The notes beneath the pieces are model-generated. The model ran no database searches. It was not told the origin of the DNA and saw only the letters and a list, made by a program, of their open reading frames with translations. A stretch of DNA of 64,000 bases from Desulfomonilia bacterium (GTDB taxonomy: Bacteria; Desulfobacterota; Desulfomonilia; UBA1062), in the NCBI GenBank assembly GCA_963664325.2, contig CAXXDQ010000004.1:384001-448000 (forward strand), in the 5' to 3' direction. Made by a program: the position numbers and the translations under genes. Positions 63,313 to 64,000 of the stretch are shown here, in pieces (position 1 is the first letter of the stretch; every line of letters begins with the position of its first letter).

Positions 63313-64000
63313 ATGAGAAAAATGAAAAGAATCACCAAGATCGCCGCTACCCTTGGCCTAACACTGGGTGCAGCCGGCGTGGTAACAGCGGGGGACCAAC
63401 CTGGCGCACCCTCTGCTGCCCAGCCGTTCAAGGGAGTGATCAAGACCGACGTGCGCGATTCCGTTCCGGACTGGGGTCCGTTCATACCCAAGAGGGCCCC
63501 GGAGGGTTCACCGAATATCCTCATCGTGCTCTACGACGATACCGGCCTGGCCATGTGGTCGGCATATGGCGGCCGGGTCAACATGCCCACGCTCGACAAA
63601 CTGGCGGCGAACGGCCTGACCTACACCCAATGGCATACTTGTGCCCTGAGCTCGCCCACCCGCTCCACCATCCTGACCGGGCGTAATCATAACCTCAATG
63701 GCCTATCCAGCATCACCGAAGTTTGCGACGGTTTCCCGGGGGCCAGCGGCCGCATTCCCGAACAATGCGCCACGGTAGGAGAGATCCTCCAGGACAATGG
63801 CTGGAGCACCTTCTGGGTGGGAAAAAATCATAATGTCCCGGTTCAGGACATCGCCTCCGGCGCGACCCGCAAGTATTGGCCGCTCCAGATGGGCTTCGAC
63901 CGCTTCTATGGCTTCCTGGGTGGCGAATCCAGCCAGTGGTACCCTGATCTGGTCGAGGACAATCATTACATCGATCAGCCCTACTTCCCCGAGCAGGGCT
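63313..64000 (+). CDS. Secreted arylsulfatase, Ser-type (runs off the right edge)
   Basis: Not in the ORF track. Manual translation from ATG 63313 (AGGAGG) gives a signal peptide, PNILIVLYDDTG, MPTLDKLA, ALSSPTRSTILTGRNH, GKNH and GFDRFYGF. Confidence 0.92.
   Translation, partial: MRKMKRITKIAATLGLTLGAAGVVTAGDQPGAPSAAQPFKGVIKTDVRDSVPDWGPFIPKRAPEGSPNILIVLYDDTGLAMWSAYGGRVNMPTLDKLAANGLTYTQWHTCALSSPTRSTILTGRNHNLNGLSSITEVCDGFPGASGRIPEQCATVGEILQDNGWSTFWVGKNHNVPVQDIASGATRKYWPLQMGFDRFYGFLGGESSQWYPDLVEDNHYIDQPYFPEQG

Noticed and set aside
63279-63966. Minus-strand ORFs at the right end
   Set aside because: Antisense shadows of the sulfatase gene

Overview
Chromosomal window from a bacterium that is probably an anaerobe of Desulfobacterota/deltaproteobacterial type. 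This is inferred from gene content: sigma-54 modules, a corrinoid methyltransferase pair, ADP-forming acyl-CoA ligases and an ApgM-type mutase. The left half is housekeeping and looks origin-proximal: ybaB-recR, tRNA-Gly-rimP-nusA-infB-rbfA-truB-rpsO-pnp, then parS-parA-parB-dnaN-gyrB-gyrA, with no dnaA or recF and a marked AT-rich trough around parS. The right half is mixed metabolic and envelope genes, leuS-lptE-holA, and a sigma-54 enhancer-binding protein module that leads into a Ser-type sulfatase. The best candidate for an uncharacterised system is a tightly coupled five-gene operon (51484-56822, minus strand): a lysine 2,3-aminomutase with a duplicated EEPP N-terminal motif, two divergent Ddl-like ATP-grasp ligases, a GNAT and an FAD oxidoreductase. 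Other signals not in the ORF track are a 26-codon uORF ending Pro-Pro-stop upstream of prfC, a 6S-RNA-like rod after gyrA and several apparently leaderless starts. No CRISPR array, rRNA, transposase or prophage was seen. All calls come from motif recognition by eye; no database searches were run.
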